A DNA stretch of 64,000 nt from Psilocybe cubensis (taxonomy: Eukaryota). The stretch lies in contig CM039004.1 of NCBI GenBank assembly GCA_017499595.2, positions 2,232,001 to 2,296,000 on the forward strand, given 5' to 3'. Shown here in pieces: positions 36,375 to 51,423 of this stretch; positions within the stretch are counted from its first letter, which is position 1; each line of letters starts with the position of its first letter. A program made the position numbers and the translations under genes. The notes beneath the pieces are model-generated. The model made no database searches. It was not told the DNA's origin and saw nothing but the letters and a program-made list of their open reading frames with translations.

Positions 36375-36838
36375 CATCTTAAAAGAACACTCGTTGTCTT
36401 GGATTTTTCTTTACACTCCATACTTTAGCGCACGACATACGACTTTCATATTATGATGTGGTTCACTCAACAATTGACATCCGACATCATTTCTAGACAA
36501 CGCTCTCAATAAACTATACGCATAATATGCAACCATCATTATATTCCATCATCATTCATACTACAATGCATAATTGCTACTCTTTTAAGGTTGGATACGC
36601 TACTTCAGTAAAGGAAATCAAACAAACATTAATTAATCGTAGATATGCGTAAGATATGGGCGCGTACCCTACGCGACGCGTTATTTGGCATCGTTTTGAG
36701 GATGAAACAAATGGGTCTGAGGCGTGCCCAATAAGGCATTCCAGAATATTTTCTTTGCCCCTGCTTCGTTTTTCATTCTTTCGCGTCATACTTGCCCGTT
36801 CTTGATCTTGCTCAAGAAAAGGGTTTCAGGTCTTTTCC

Positions 36839-38806
36839 ATGGCTCCGACACGTATGCCATTGATAAAATTCCATGTTATCAGCTATTAACTCTTTTAATA
36901 CACTCAGGCATATCGTTAGCTCAACAAATTGCTCAGCTTGAGGAACCCGCTCCTGCCGGTGCGTGTCCTCCAATATCAGTGTGTTAAAATGCACTCTAAA
37001 GCTTAATCTCGACCAGATTATGACCCAGAAGATTTACAATCGCAGGGAGCTGAAATAAATGATGATATGCGCATAGATTTAACGGGGTCTCGGGAACATT
37101 ACGTCGATGTGGGGTGCGTATACCATATGTTTTGAGGTTATGGATGATCGTCTGATCCTTATATTCTTAGGCCAAGTGATCTTCGAAACAAATTACCTAG
37201 CATTGCCCATCCAAAGTACGAGGGTATACGGGTATCGAGGAGTCAACTGCTACAGGACTCTGACGATGGACATGAAGATGAAGAAGAAGAAGAAAAAGAA
37301 GAAGATGGACAGGATGGAGGACAAAAAGAGCGGGAAGATGACAATGACGAAATTCCTTCAGAAAATAGCGAAAATGAGGGTAGCCAGAACTGGGAATCAG
37401 CGGATCGGGAACCCTCAGAGAGCGAAGCAGAAGAAAGTGAGGATTCTGAAGGAGAAACGTCTATCTCTAAATCCTCTCAGCAACGACAAACCGAAGTGGG
37501 ACGAGAGAATTTTGAGGATCTAGCCTCAACCCTGAAAAAGACTAGAGAGAATGACTTGACAAAAGGGCAAGCAATCAAAAGGCAGATAGTGCGTTAACAT
37601 CTTAATCCCATCTCTTGTGTTCAATTTATGGTTCATTTCAGGCTGTCTGGGATACCCTTCTTGATACGCGAATTCGTCTTCAAAAGTCAATATTATCTGC
37701 AAACAGACTTCCCCCAGTATGTCGGACTACTATTCTCAAACTTGTTATACCCTGACGTCCACCTAAATAGCCTTCAGAAATAAAGGCATATCTTCAAGAC
37801 GCATCATGTTATGATGCAATTTCAGGATTCCTGAACGAAGCTTCATCATTGGCAGACGAAATTTTAGAGTTACAAGAAGTCAGTGTAATCCCTCTCATAG
37901 AGACTTATTGACTCCTCCTAACGTAGTATTCATTGCACTTGTAGAATCTTTTAAAACAAAATAACATTGTTGAATTGCCACCTCGGAAACGCCGAAGACT
38001 GGACGCCGAAGCGCCTTCCATCGAGGAGTACAGTGATTCAGTTTCCGCTGCTTCAGCGAATGTCGTCGTCTTAGAACAAGTGTAAGCAGCTTATATGTCT
38101 GCAAGTAGCTCACCCCAGCCTAAGGATTTTTTTAAAGTTTCCACCCATACCTCCTTCAGACATTATCCAAATGGTCATCGAAAATCCAAGCAGTCGCTCC
38201 TTCAGTGCTCCTACCCTCTAACCGTGGGACCTTTTTGAAAGGATCACAAAGTCTGAAATCTGTTGTCCAACTCATTGACGAAAACCTTGCCGAGCATGAC
38301 AAACTCTTGGCTCGCACCCAAGTGGCAAGAGTTAAGAAGTCGAGGATTGGTGCGAATCAACAAGAAACGGACAAAGATGAAGAAGATGCACTGGATGCTG
38401 AAGTATTCGACGATACCGACTTTTATCAGAAATTATTGAGAGATATAATTGATTCCCGGGGTAATGGAACGAAGAACGAAGATTGGATGGTCATTCAGAA
38501 GCAGAAGAAGGCAAAGAAGAAAGTTGACACCAAAGCGAGCAAAGGACGAAAGCTTCGGTTCGTTTCCGCCTCTGTACCTGCTTTGTAGGGGTTTATTTCT
38601 GATGCATTTACAGATACGAGGTTCATGAGAAACTTCAAAATTTTATGGTCCCGGTTCCCAATTCGGCTGGTGCATGGCACGAAGAACAAGTTGACGAATT
38701 ATTTGCTTCTCTGCTAGGAAAAGGATTTGAGGGTATTGAGATAAATTCTGAAGATGTCCCAGTAGATAAACCTGTTGAACTTGGTGGATTCAGGGTGTTT
38801 GGGTAG
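36839..38806 (+). CDS. BFR2: Bfr2/AATF nucleolar protein
   Basis: SLAQQIAQL, acidic tract, [34 protein letters not shown] and [25 protein letters not shown] motifs. Confidence 0.92.
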
Positions 38807-39188
38807 ATTGTAGTTTGCTGTCTCTAGTATTGACAATTACATAGCCCCTCAAGAGTCGTGCCGAGCATTGACATCAATTCGCCACTGAAGTGGAACAAAG
38901 CCAAATACAGACATAGTATCGAAAGTGTTTAACACATCCCGCAGTACATAACTTTCGTTCGACGATAAAGGTCCCTTCTACACCACGAATATTGTCCATA
39001 CGCCTCCGTATTAAGGAATTTGTCGTCGTTGCTTCATTTCGGTAAGAAGTGACGGGATTGGTGAACAGTGACTGCTCTAACTTTAGCTTCAACTCCAATC
39101 CGAACGCTTTGACAGACTCCAGAGCCTACCACGTACAGTGAACACTAGTCTATCAGTCTGCCGAAATTCGAGTCCACAATCTGGAAAT

Positions 39189-41308
39189 ATGAACGCCCTG
39201 GATGATTACGAAGAGCAAAATCCGTTTGAGCACGAAGGGGCCGACCATATCACATCGGAGACGTCGTCAACGTCCCAAGTAGGTCTCTATGAACCGCCAT
39301 CTCCTCCTCATACTACACGACAGCTTTCTCCTTCAATATCTAACCGACCACCCTTTCCGAGCCCTGGGTCGCACAAGCAAGCCCATGTCAACTACAAAAC
39401 GGACTTTTGCTGCACTCGCGACCGTGTCCTTCATTCTGGCGATGACGTTGAAATCCTGGTAAGAGCACAAAAGAGCCACTGAAATTCTGCGTATTTAACC
39501 TTTCTTCACTACAGATCATTGACGCTCAGAAAACTTCTGTTAATTCTAACTCACCATATATAACATACGTCATCCGGACAGGAGTGCGTTTCTCATCTAT
39601 TGCTCTCACTGTTTAAGGCTGACATCTTTGATACAGAATGCAGAGGCTCGGCACAGGTACTCTGAGTTTGAGAGTCTCCGAGAGAATTTATCTCGACTAT
39701 ACCCCACTCTTATCGTGCCACCAATTCCCTCGAAGCAAACAATCGGCGATTATGCTGTGAAGCAAGGCAAGGCTAAAGAAGACGCAACTCTCATTTCGAA
39801 GAGGAAGCGACTGCTTCAGACATTTTTGAATCGCCTCGCACGACACCCAATTCTTTCAAACGAACACGTCTTCCATCGCTTCCTTGATGGAGAGGTATCC
39901 TGGGTGAGTAATTCTCTTTCATGTCGTGTCGCCTCATTGTTATTAACAAAAGTAGGCGGAAGTACTGAACTCACCTCCGTTATCCCTTCTTCCTAAAAAC
40001 ATATTGAAAGCTCCTTCACACAATCCTACAGATCAGAATGCTTCCCCAGCTTATGCTGCTCTCCCTAATCCCTCGTCTGCGCATCCACTTCGTCACCCCG
40101 ATCAACGCTTCCTCGATTCCGAAGCTTTCACTCACAAATTTGCAAATCATGTTGGAGGTCCAATGGAAAAGGTTACTCGTCGTGTTGTGAAGAGATGGTC
40201 AGGTGTGTGCCAGTTCAGTACGGAAGTGATACGATTTAACCATCTTTCCCTTAGATTATGCACAAGACCATGCAGATCTTGGTGCTGCTCTCAATGGATT
40301 CAGTTTAAATGAAGCAGATGCCTTGGCCAGCGCGATTGAGAAAACAGGACAAGCTGTGGACGCTACGTACATGTCAACGACCAAATTGGTAAGTTCCTTC
40401 GCATGTATGGTTTCACTCCTGTTCAGTGAAAATATGCATTTAGTTGCAAGACCTGGAGCAAAACTGGGCTGAGCCATTACACGAGTACACCCAATTTGCG
40501 GCTATTATTAAGAAACTCCTCGCTTACCGTCATCAGAAGCATGTACAATATGAGATGACACAGGATGCCCTCGAGACAAAGAAGGAGCAATTGGAAGACC
40601 TTGAGAAGAGTGAGCGTGAAGCACGACGATTGGAGGAGGCACTTGGAAGAGGGAGGATTAACGGATCGGGGCCTCCAGTCAATCCAAGATCTGAAGGAGA
40701 AACAGAAGATAACGGGGAAGGTAGTACGCCGAATCTTAACTCATCTTACCTGCCACCGCACCCCGGACCCAACCCTGCACGTCGAAGAACAAAAACGCCT
40801 GGGATGGGTCTACTGAATGCATTGAGCTATACATTGCACGGTATGATGGATGTGGATCCCGAAACTGCACGCCGGAATGGAATAACAAAAACGCGAGAAA
40901 ACATCTCCCAGGTTCGTTTACTTGCTCAAGGTATTATTGGGTTGTTAATGCCATGTCATACCAGCTGGAAGATGCACTTCATCTAGCGGCCCAGGATCTC
41001 AAGTATTCTAGCTCCACCATCCAGGCGGATTTAGACCGTTTCCAGCGCCAGAAAGTAGCAGATTTAAGAGAGATGGCTATATCTATGGCTCGGAGTCACA
41101 GAGATTGGTGCAAGAAAGTAAGTCTCTTCACACTTACCACCATGGTGTTTCTCGCTCACGTCATTTTCAGAATCTGGATGCTTGGGAAGAAGCCAAAAGA
41201 GAGATTGAGAAGATACCTGATCATCCCAACAAAGCTCCGCCACCTGCTGAAATACCTGAAGGGCCTTCTGCGAGAAGGAACTCATCCTCCACCGTCAATG
41301 GGCGCTGA
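39189..41308 (+). CDS. PX-BAR sorting nexin (Snx41/Atg20 family)
   Basis: PX motifs RHRYSEFESLR..L..LYPTLIVPPIPSK and FLNRLARHPIL; BAR region EPLHEYTQF, IQADLDRFQRQK. Confidence 0.88.
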
Positions 41309-41617
41309 CCTCAGTCATGGGGATTGAGCTGGTTGGTCTCGGACGAGAGGTGTTTCTGCCGCTATCGCAGATGCAACAATATGAATGAAATACCTTTTTA
41401 CTATGCGTTATCGTCCTTAAATTCAGTTACCACACTTGTCATTGACTAGCCGGGCCCGGATCGTCTTTCTTAGCGCCGTGAATATGACTGACTACTGATG
41501 TAAATGCTTACCGATTAGATCTTTAGGTTTGTGAGAAGTAAGAACTATTTTAGTCTTATCAAATCTAAACTGTTTTATTTAAACTGTAATTGTACTACAA
41601 CCAAAACCAGAACAATC

Positions 41618-42791
41618 ATGTCGGCATCCCCCCGGACTGCAGCCACAGATGTTGTGGAAAGTTCAGAGTTCCAGATCCCTGGTGGCAAGATCGTTCTGAT
41701 CTTATGTGGACTAGTCGCTTCCGGCAAGGTAAAGTTTCCTTGTCCTCGATTTGTCTGTTTGAACTGTATTATGACAGACGCTTGTATGACCAATGTTAGT
41801 CAACCTTCGCAATTGCGTTGCAGAAACACTATCCACAGTTTCGCAGATGCAATCAAGACGACCTGGGCGACCGACGCGCAGTAGAACAATTAGCGCGACA
41901 AACTCTAAATCAAGGGCTTTCTATCTGTATTGACCGTACAAACTTTAACGCTGCGTGAGTCCCGCTGTTGCTTTTCCAGGTATACTTCATACATGACTGA
42001 TTTGGAAAACTAATCACAAAACTTACAAAGGCAAAGGTCATATTGGATTAAGATCGCCCGCGAATTTCCCGGTACTGAGGTATGGGTTATTGTCTTTGAC
42101 ACTCCATACGAGGTCTGTACTGGCTTGATATCATATATCGTTACAAATCCTAAGACAACTTCCCTACAAAGATATGCGCAGAACGTCTCCGGCATAGTAT
42201 GAATCGAAATGCTAGAATATGTTGGATAATCACTAATAGACTTCCGAATTGAAAACAGGAGCTTTCCACCCCACGATCAAAAGCCCAGAGCAAGGGCTAT
42301 CCATCCTCTCGCGCTTCTACGCAGATTTTCAGTACCCCGCCACCCATGAAGGCTTCCAGAGAATTCTGTATGTCAAACCATCCGACCATAGTTCTCCCGT
42401 TTATACTCGCTCCGATATCACCGAGACCCTAATGCGAGTGAAAAGTTCATCGCTTATACCTACACCTGGATCGCATCGAGGCAATTACGGAACAGCGCAC
42501 CCGTCTGCTCGAGGGAATTCTCTTCGTGGACGTCATAACAAATGGCAAACGCCCAATCACCCCGTTTTCAATCCTACCAACCATGGTCGAGGCCGCGAGA
42601 ACTATTCCAATGTCGGGCCGACTAATGAAAATCAACTGAGTCCATCACATCATGCAAAGAATTTGGGCATAAATGGAACAGAATGCGGGCAAGTGCGGTA
42701 TCCTTCTGGGGTTCACAGGGATCAAGGTAACTCAATAATGAGCGTGGGTCAAGGGAGTGGCTCAATACAGGATCCCTTCGTAATTGAATGA
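41618..42791 (+). CDS. P-loop kinase (AAA_33-like)
   Basis: LILCGLVASGKST Walker A, RCNQDDLG, CIDRTN and HPTI motifs. Confidence 0.8.
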
Positions 42792-42999
42792 CAACAATGT
42801 AGGTCGATAATTTTTGCGCTATTATGGTCCATCAGGCGAAATGCGGAAATCTTGTGCCTGGAAATGGATTATAAAAACTATTTTCGCTCCAAATTATACT
42901 GCAATCGATTTCCATAGGAGCAATATAATAAAGATAATCTTCCCAATGACACGGTGAGCAATGCCGGGCACCCTATGACCTGGTAGCACAAAGTCGTAA

Positions 43000-44090
43000 T
43001 CATCCATCCACCTTTTCGGATGAGGCTGTCCGCTGCATTAGAATCTTGGCGCTAATCTATTGAGATTATGAGAAATTGTATAAAATATAAATGATACCGA
43101 ACATACGTTTCGGATATGTATGACGGCGCGGGAGACACCAAATTGTTCAGCGAGCTTGTACTTTTCGAGAGCTTCTTCCAGCCTGTTGGCTTCAATTCAT
43201 TGATTTGTCAATATGACGGCATACATGGCGGGCACAGCAGCACATACATGCTTCCAGAACGGCGGCGTGGTTGAACGCGATTTCCGCGTCCTCCGGGGAC
43301 AGAGAGGAGGCGATCCTATGAAGGATTTTCTTCAGCCGTGTGTACATTTCAGTGATAATATTTGAATTACTCCAAATGATGTAAGGCAAGGTCCGGCCTA
43401 GACACTACAAAGGGAAGATGAGATTGTTGACGATATACAGAACGATCCCTCTTGCCTGTAGTCAGTAGGTATGCACTTGCGAGATCTATGAAAGTCATAA
43501 TTAAAATCAGACTGACGAATGTGTATTAGAAGATTACTCACTTGTGTGAGCATCAGCACTTGAAGGCTGCATTGATATAGACTCCTTCCATGCGGCAATA
43601 GCATCATCATATTCCTCTGTTGGAGTTTACTACGCGAGTTGCATTCACAACTAAATTCCACTTACTAAGATGGAAATGAGTGACTCCCAAATTAAATAAT
43701 GAGCTGGCATTGCGATGAATTTCACAGCTTCGTAGATAAAGTTCTTTTGCTCCTTGAACGTCTCCGTCTTCTAACTTGGCGGTTCCCTGTTCGAGGCAAC
43801 GCAAAGCTTCAGCTTCGGCTGGGTCTGAAGCAGAAGACTGCGGCGTAACAGATGACGCCCATCCTGAAGGTAAACAAGGAATCAGATGATTGAAAGTTGA
43901 ATAATTTCATAATATTGTACTGACGTTTTGAAGTCTGAAGTTTTCCAACAACTCCGTTCTGGGTGAAAGGAGAAGAGGTAAAAGTTATTTTTCGACATAA
44001 CGGGTGTATTGACGGTGTCGAAGCTTTAAACGACACGTTGAGTAGACTTGGAATCCGTCGAGCTACTCTCAAAGTAAGAGAAGAGGCCAT
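43000..44090 (-). CDS. TPR-repeat protein with likely mitochondrial presequence
   Basis: Arg/Ser-rich N-terminus; TPR-like LEQGTAKLEDGD, SLFNLGVTHFHL and SPEDAEIAFNHAAVLEA segments. Confidence 0.75.
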
Positions 44091-44318
44091 TTATATTGCT
44101 GTACCAAGCTATGCGGACAAAGAAAGTGGAAGTGGTGAATGGCAAACGCGTTCGGCATTGTGTGATAACCACGTGACCTTCGGGCTTCTTCGTTGGCGTG
44201 TCGCGGTCTTTGAAATTTGTAACACTTTTTTGAGAGTTCTCCGTCACCAGCAGCTCTGTTAGGTCCATCCCTAATACTCCAGCTTTTCTGTCCTTTTTTC
44301 TAGTTTCATTCCTTTCCA

Positions 44319-45235
44319 ATGGCCTCAAACTCGCATTCCGAAGCTTCTTCATCTCAAAACCCTACTGACGTCCTCCGAACTGCCACTTTTTCACGTACGG
44401 AAGGTTCTGCGTCACCAGAAAATGCTGTTACATCTTCCGACCTGCTCATGGCGGCATACGACCCCGCCAGGCTTCACCCGTTAGCTGACTTGGGGGATAA
44501 ACTAGACTACCTACTTCTTGATGATGACAAGACAAGCGAACTTCCTGGAGCTGGTACGGCAATACCCTCCAGGGGGTGGAGTGACGACCTTTGTTATGGG
44601 ACGGGTACCATGTATCTCGGTGGTGAGTTGAATCTCTTTCAAATTACTCTTTTGGAGCATCTATGTTCGCTTAAGGCCTCGTTTTCTCCTAAACATCTCA
44701 CCTTATCTTAACATCCCCAAAGACCCATGTTTAGGCCTCTTATTGTTCTATTTTGTCACATGTTCACACTTTTCTACAGGTTTGGCCCTTGGCGGTGCGT
44801 GGGGTGTGCGTGAAGGTGCTCGAAGGCCACTTGCCGTATCAAATACGAGACTACGGATCAACAGCATCCTGAACTCTGTTACTCGTCGAGGTACTTTCAT
44901 TGGCAACTCGGCCGGAGTAATGGGTAAGCTTCCACCATTACCGATCAACTTGATGCCGCAGGTCCATTGAAATCGCATTTTATTAGCCCTTATGTACAAT
45001 GGGGTTAATTCTTCCATTGACGCATTGAGAGGAAAACATGACACAGCAGGCAGCATGGCAGCTGGCGCAGTGACAGGCGCCTTATTCAAATCCACTGGTA
45101 CGTTTCTTGACGAACTTCTGGCCTTTTCTCATCTTTGTTTTTCTTTTGTCAGCTGGCATCAAGCCGGCCATTGCTGCTGCTACTTTAGTGTCAGGCATGG
45201 CAGGAATCTGGAGTTATGTGAAAAAGAACATTTGA
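44319..45235 (+). CDS. TIM23: Mitochondrial inner membrane translocase Tim23
   Basis: PSRGWSDDLCYGTGTMYL, LRINSILNSVTRRG..GNSAGV, RGKHD and GALFKST motifs. Confidence 0.95.
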
Positions 45236-45699
45236 TAGGATTTCCTAATGTATCTACAACCTTAATTCCTCCCTTATCCCGGCTCTCGAATCTTGCAAGA
45301 TCTGTGAAGTTTCCCGAAGTTACATGCATGAAAGTCCAGTCAATGGTTTGTTTTACCAGGCGCTTTCAGAAGATTGTTCCCAGCAATTTGGCGGTAGATG
45401 AACCTTAATATGGTCTTGTAATCGCTGACATACTTCCAAATTTATAGATGATGAGTCGCTTAGTTTTTGTTTCGAGCATATCAGATTCAATGCCGTTCCT
45501 CAACTGGGTACTATAAATGTTCTCGTCTCCAACATGGGATCGTCCTCCAGTAACTCCCAATTTTTTTCTTCGAGCTAGCATCGTCTATTGCCCGACGATG
45601 TCACTGGTTGACTCGGACCTCCTCCCTTCCGTTATCACTGCAAATTTTTTATGTATAACCTTTCATGTTCATAATGCTTACGAGTCGAAATGCCCTCTC

Positions 45700-47034
45700 A
45701 TGTCATCAGACGAAACCAAACTTATACGTGGATCCACCCGCCGTATTAACACTAAGGTCTGTTTCTAACTACCCTTTAAAAATTATGCTTCTCTCAACCG
45801 AGAGATTCTATCGTAAAAGCTTTTCTGGCACTGGATCGTGAAGGTTTCCAATTACTTGCAATATACGTCCGAACCAATCACCTTGCCTACTTCCATTCAC
45901 TGGCATCGAAAAAAAGACCATCATGGGGAACTATCAGGGCATAAATCCTACTTGGGTCAATGTCGTAATTCTTCAACGCACCCTCAACCTTCTTGTTGCA
46001 GTAGTGGATATTCGTCACCACAGTCCTCAATTGGGTCACTGACATCTTCATCTCGTACATCAGCCTCCACCCAAAGCCCTCCCTCCAGTCAAAGTTCACT
46101 GGCAGATCTGACTTCATTTTCTCCTGTGTCTTTTGCTCGTTCGCAACCTCGCATTCAAGTGTCCTCACTGTTGGCTGATCCGCACACCAGGTAGGTTGGT
46201 CGTTTCACCACAATTATTTGGTGTCGGTCCTTAAATCGATCTAGGTCTTACGAACTAGAAATTGTGCAGCATCCACTAAGGACAGCGGAATTTGGGGCGG
46301 CATATCTATCCAGAGTGCCTTTAACCCCGCCAATTATTGCAAGATTGACAGTCAGAGATTCATCTCGCAACTCCGTCATTCCGTAGGTATTTTGATTCGA
46401 TTACTCGCTGGGCAATTAATCGTTGGTCTGACTGAAGACTGTCATTTCTTTTGTTCGACTTTCCAAATGCTTTTCTTTTTTTAGAGTGGCAGAGTTACCG
46501 TTCCTTGTTGCGCATTTGTCATTATATTCTGGAGACGGTGCGACTGCCCTTGACATGGGTTCATTCATTGGGAGAGGCGTTTTACAAAATCCACCTACGC
46601 TTTACGGGCACCTTGTTTCTACTGTGGAACAATTAGAAGACTTGCAGGGAAACACGGGTTTGTTCTTTCTCTTCCCTGATGTCAGCATCCGCCTGCGCGG
46701 CCGTTATCAAATTCAGGTCACCCTTTCCAGACTTAGCAAGTAAGTTACAGAGATAGTAGCATACAGACGTGCGAACTTGGTGATAATGCTTGCATTCAGT
46801 TCTGGATTACCGGGCCTAGCTGAACATGGTACATACCTCGCTGAAGCCCGGACCAGGCCATTCGATGCGCTCCCTCTTCATGAATACATCGTTGCGCGTG
46901 TGTTGATTCCATTCACCCGTCAATTAATCGAAAACTAATACGTTTCTTACAAAGCCTCAACGCGCTTATCTCAAAGTTTCATTCGACAGGGTGCACGAAT
47001 GTTTGCAAACGCCTCCTACCCACCTCACCGGTGA
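45700..47034 (+). CDS. Velvet-domain transcription factor (start uncertain)
   Basis: YELEIVQHP, PLTPPIIARL, LYGHLVS....L.DLQG..G.FFLFPDVSIRLRGRY and STRLSQSFIRQG velvet motifs. Confidence 0.8.
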
Positions 47035-48557
47035 TCATTAAATCACTCTTTCAGGGTGGTTCAGTCAAAGGAAAACCTTTCGATCACTTCGTGACGAAAT
47101 TTCATGACCCTGAATTATGTGTATACTTAACTTTAAAAGGTCTCACCTTCGTTCATAATTCCTGTCCACAGTGTAGCAACAATTTGTACTTTCGAAATCC
47201 TATCTGTACTCCGTTTGGCATGGTTTTTGCAGCACGTTTTCAAATTTGTACCGTTTGACTTGTCAATCTATGCTTCTTTAAAATTTGTTTTGAGCGTTGA
47301 CATCACGAATGAAAGATTATATGCGAAGCGATTACAGCAATTAGAACTTAGTAGTGTATATACAAACCATCGGCAACGGGTATATGTTTTTTCTCTTTTC
47401 TGAAATGTTCTATTAATAGCATAACATGGTGCCTTTATCAATGACGTCACAGCACAGAGCTATAGTCATGGATTTTGGTGAGCCGCATAATATTACGACG
47501 ATGTGCAGCTGTTTTAGCTAACCGTCATAGCCTGCTTGAAGGTAGACATTGAGATGCGTCAACACTGCATCCGTAAGAATGTCAATCACGTCTACACGAG
47601 CATAACAACCGGTATATCCTGCACCTCTTATTTTATCAACACCCACGAGTGTAAGGCGAACTCGGAGGAGTGATGGAAGATTACCTTGCAGTGATATGAC
47701 AGATTGATACTGTTATGTTGTGTCAACCGTGGATAGTGCAACGTTTAGTCTGGAGACTCCCAAGAACAGAGTGCAGAGGGGCTTGGTACACATGGGTCAT
47801 TTGTTATCCGCAAAATTTGTTTTTAAAACCTTTGCCTTTAATTCCAGCAACACAGTCATAACGAAAAAGAGAGGATTTTCTAGAGGAAGGAAGAAAAAAA
47901 TCCCATTTGCGACGATATGCTGCTGTGAATCAATTCACGGGAACGTATTTTAGTAATGTTCTTGGGGTCAATGAGGCGAACTGCCGGGGCCGGAAGATGT
48001 AGTACAGGTGCTCTTGACCTGGCTTGTCTTACTCTTGACTTTTTCTTGAACCCACACCGTGTCCCCTCGGCAAAGACTCCGGCTGAGGTAAATTCCAGTA
48101 TAAGATGTATCCGAACGTCTCCGCAGAATGAATAACAATGAAGTCAGTTGGAAGCCAGAATGAAGAGGTTCAGATTGTGCGCAGTACACAGCATGTTAAA
48201 AATTGTACCGCTTTTTTTCTCTCTCCTAAATACCTGTTGGAATTGGCGGATGTCACGAAATCGATATCTTGTCATAGTGAGGTTATTTTGCCGTTGCTCT
48301 TGGTTTTGATACACGAAAAAAGAATCAGAGCGGTCGCTCCAGATAGCGTTATGCATACAAAAATGGCAGCGAGGCGGTGGGCACGCTGCGGGCCATGCGG
48401 AATGCTCGTGATTCAACTTGTACAAATAAGAGCCGATCGTGCTCTTCTAGTCTTCTTGTATCCGACACCTTTCTTTCTCATTCTCTAACTCGACTCTTTG
48501 CTATTCTCCTCTTAATACGCCTCATATACCACCCTTCCCCGCTTATTTCATCGGACA

Positions 48558-49225
48558 ATGAGTGCCAACGATTACTATAATGCAGGAAAGCCTCAGGAGC
48601 AAGGTGGATACTACCCCCCTCCCCAAGGTATGTCTGCCAAACTTGCTATCCACTGAGTGAATGCATACCAGTCCGGCATCTGTGGTATTCTATTCTTCTG
48701 TTTTGTCGCAATTCACCAATGCCGATGCTGGAAATATTGCATTTACCCTGATGAACAGAATTCATCTGCCTAGAATTAAATCTGATATCTTTGTGTTTCC
48801 CACAGGAGGACCACCAGGCGGAGGTTATTACCCCCAGGTATGCGTGAACACTCGGAGATACAGGTCATGGTTCTGAAATATACTTCTGGCAGCAACCCCA
48901 GCAATCCTACCAGGGTGGTTACAACGGTCCTCCCCAGGGGTACCCTCAGCAGGGCTATCCCCAGCAAGGGTATCAGCCTCAGCCTGGTCCCCAAACCATT
49001 TATGTGTATGTTATTGTGACTTTGAACACTTTTGAAGTAGCTGACTTGCGTATAGTCAGCAACAACCTGAGAAGAGCTCGGGATCAGGAGGATGCATGGC
49101 CTGCTTAGCCGGCATGTGTCTGTGTTGCTGTGCGGAAGGTCAGTTACTAACGTCAGTCAAATGGATACATCTGACTTAATCCTTTGCCCTTCTCCCCCAA
49201 AGAAATCTGCGACTGCTTGTTCTAA
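48558..49225 (+). CDS. CYSTM tail-anchored Gln/Pro/Tyr/Gly-rich protein
   Basis: GYPQQGY repeats and C-terminal GCMACLAGMCLCCCAEEICDCLF; 5 exons. Confidence 0.88.
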
Positions 49226-50097
49226 GGAACGACCACACATCCATTTTTGTCGCACTGGCGACTTCGGACTCGGACATCACCACCGGATTTATTTCCAGCA
49301 GTTAACTGCTGTAATATGTTTTTTTTTCTTTCTCTTTCCCTTCTGCTTCGCTCCGTCCAGTTACGAGTTTAGTGTGTATTCATAGTGTTTTCCATCTCCT
49401 CTGAACATGAACTTTGCGGATTTATCAAACACTGCTTTTGTTGTGACACCCCTGTCTTCTTAGATCGATAGTTAACTACCCCCGTCAGGTCAATACAGCG
49501 TTGATAGAACACAACGCTGGGGTAATTATGGGCCTGACTATTCGCACGTATTTGTGAAGAGGTTCAACAAGCAATCGCCGTTTAAATGGAAGGGCTCAGG
49601 CTTGTCAGACAAAGTCCGAGACCCTGCGCAGTGGCTACGGAATGGCGACAGCAAAGAGTAATATGAAAGGTAAGCGATGTGAACTAGGGTAATTGGAAGA
49701 TAAGTGTCCCTAAAAGCGTGGATGAAAGCGTCTCAAAAAGTCGTAATTGAACCTTTGTAGATGGGTTAGCCGTTAAATGATGCCTACGTAGATCATGGCC
49801 CAAGATTTGGGCCTGGCAGTTGGAGTACTGGGAAACCAGACAACAAAAGACCAAGTTTTCGGACTGTGACTTGTCCGAAAATCCGAGTAGAGCAGGCCTG
49901 AGGCATTGCGATAGAGGATTGGGAAGATGATTACGGTGAGTAGTGTATAAAGTCCAGGCCACTCTAGTTTCACGTGTAGGAGGAATAGGAGGGTCATGAT
50001 TGGCCGCAAGGTATTCTCCGATTCATTCCGTTTGGTAGGGTCACGCGTTACCGGGTCACCCTAGCTCTCCTTCCTCCCCCAAAACCTTGCAACTAAA

Positions 50098-51423
50098 ATG
50101 CTGTCAAGGCTCTCTGCTGGAGCCTTCAAGAAAGCCGCCAGCGCGGGGCCTTCTCGCTCCTCTAATCTGCTTTATGGCGCTCGTTCGGCCTCGGTGCGTC
50201 GTTGCGAAGCGAGGAGGCCGTTCAATTTCTTACATGTCATCTCGATTTTGTTGAACAGGTCCGTTTCGCGTCGTCGAAAGCGTCTGGCTCCAGTGCCTTT
50301 GAGGTGCGCATTATTAGCAATAATTAAGACCGTGGTGCTCATTTATGTTGCAGTCTATCGTGAACTCCAAGATCACTCTTGCCTCCGCGTCACTTCTTGG
50401 TGTCGGTTCTATCGCCTGGTATACCCACCTCTTTGGCAATCTCCCCTTCCTCGGCGAAGTCCACGCCAGCCATCTTAGCGATGAGGGTCTCCACCCCGTA
50501 GCCTACCCATGGTCTCACAAGGGTCTCCTAGATACTTTTGATCACGCCAGGTAGGCATCCATCCCGGTATTGTATTTAATACGCGTCGGAGATAACTCAC
50601 ATATATATCTTCAGCATTCGGCGAGGCTATCAAGTCTATCGCGAAGTCTGCGCTGCTTGCCACTCTCTGGACCGCATTGCCTGGCGTAACCTCGTTGGTG
50701 TATCACACACCGCTGACGAGGCGCGTGCCATGGCTGAGGAAATTGAGTACACTGATGGCCCTGACAGTGAAGGCGAGATGTTCCAAAGGCCAGGAAAGTT
50801 GGCTGACTACATGCCTCCACCCTATGCCAATGAGGAGGCAGCCCGTGCTGGAAATGCCGGTGCTCTTCCTCCCGACCTGAGTTTGATTGTCAAAGCTCGT
50901 CATGGTGGTGCTGTGAGTTATGCGTATCTCTTTTAAGATTATAAACTAATTCTGTGGTAGGACTACATCTTCTCCCTTCTGACTGGTTATGTCGATCCCC
51001 CTGCCGGCGTCGAAATTCGTGAGGGTATGAATTACAACCCTTACTTCCCTGGTGGTGCTATTTCTATGGCTCGTGTTCTGTTCGATGGTCTGGTGGAATA
51101 CGATGATGGTTAGCTTAGTTCCCTATGTTTGTGTAATCTCGGTCTAACAGTGTGATAGGCACACCCGCTACCACCACCCAAATGGCTAAGGATGTTGTGA
51201 CTTTCCTTAACTGGGCTGCTGAGCCTGAACATGATGAGAGGAAGAAATACGGTATTAAAGCCGTGATTATCTTCTCTGTCCTCACCGTGATCAGCATCTA
51301 CGTTAAGCGCTTCAAGTGGGGTCCTATCAAGAACAGGAAAATCAGTTAGTCGCACCTTCTTTTCTGTCGAATATTACACTCACCGCGCTTTTAGTTTACA
51401 ATCCTCCTAACAAAACCCACTAG
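50098..51423 (+). CDS. CYT1: Cytochrome c1
   Basis: [16 protein letters not shown] haem motif, [24 protein letters not shown] and [14 protein letters not shown]. Confidence 0.97.

Noticed and set aside
49497-49520. Perfect 8-bp hairpin CAGCGTTG/CAACGCTG
   Set aside because: Isolated, and expected by chance in 64 kb
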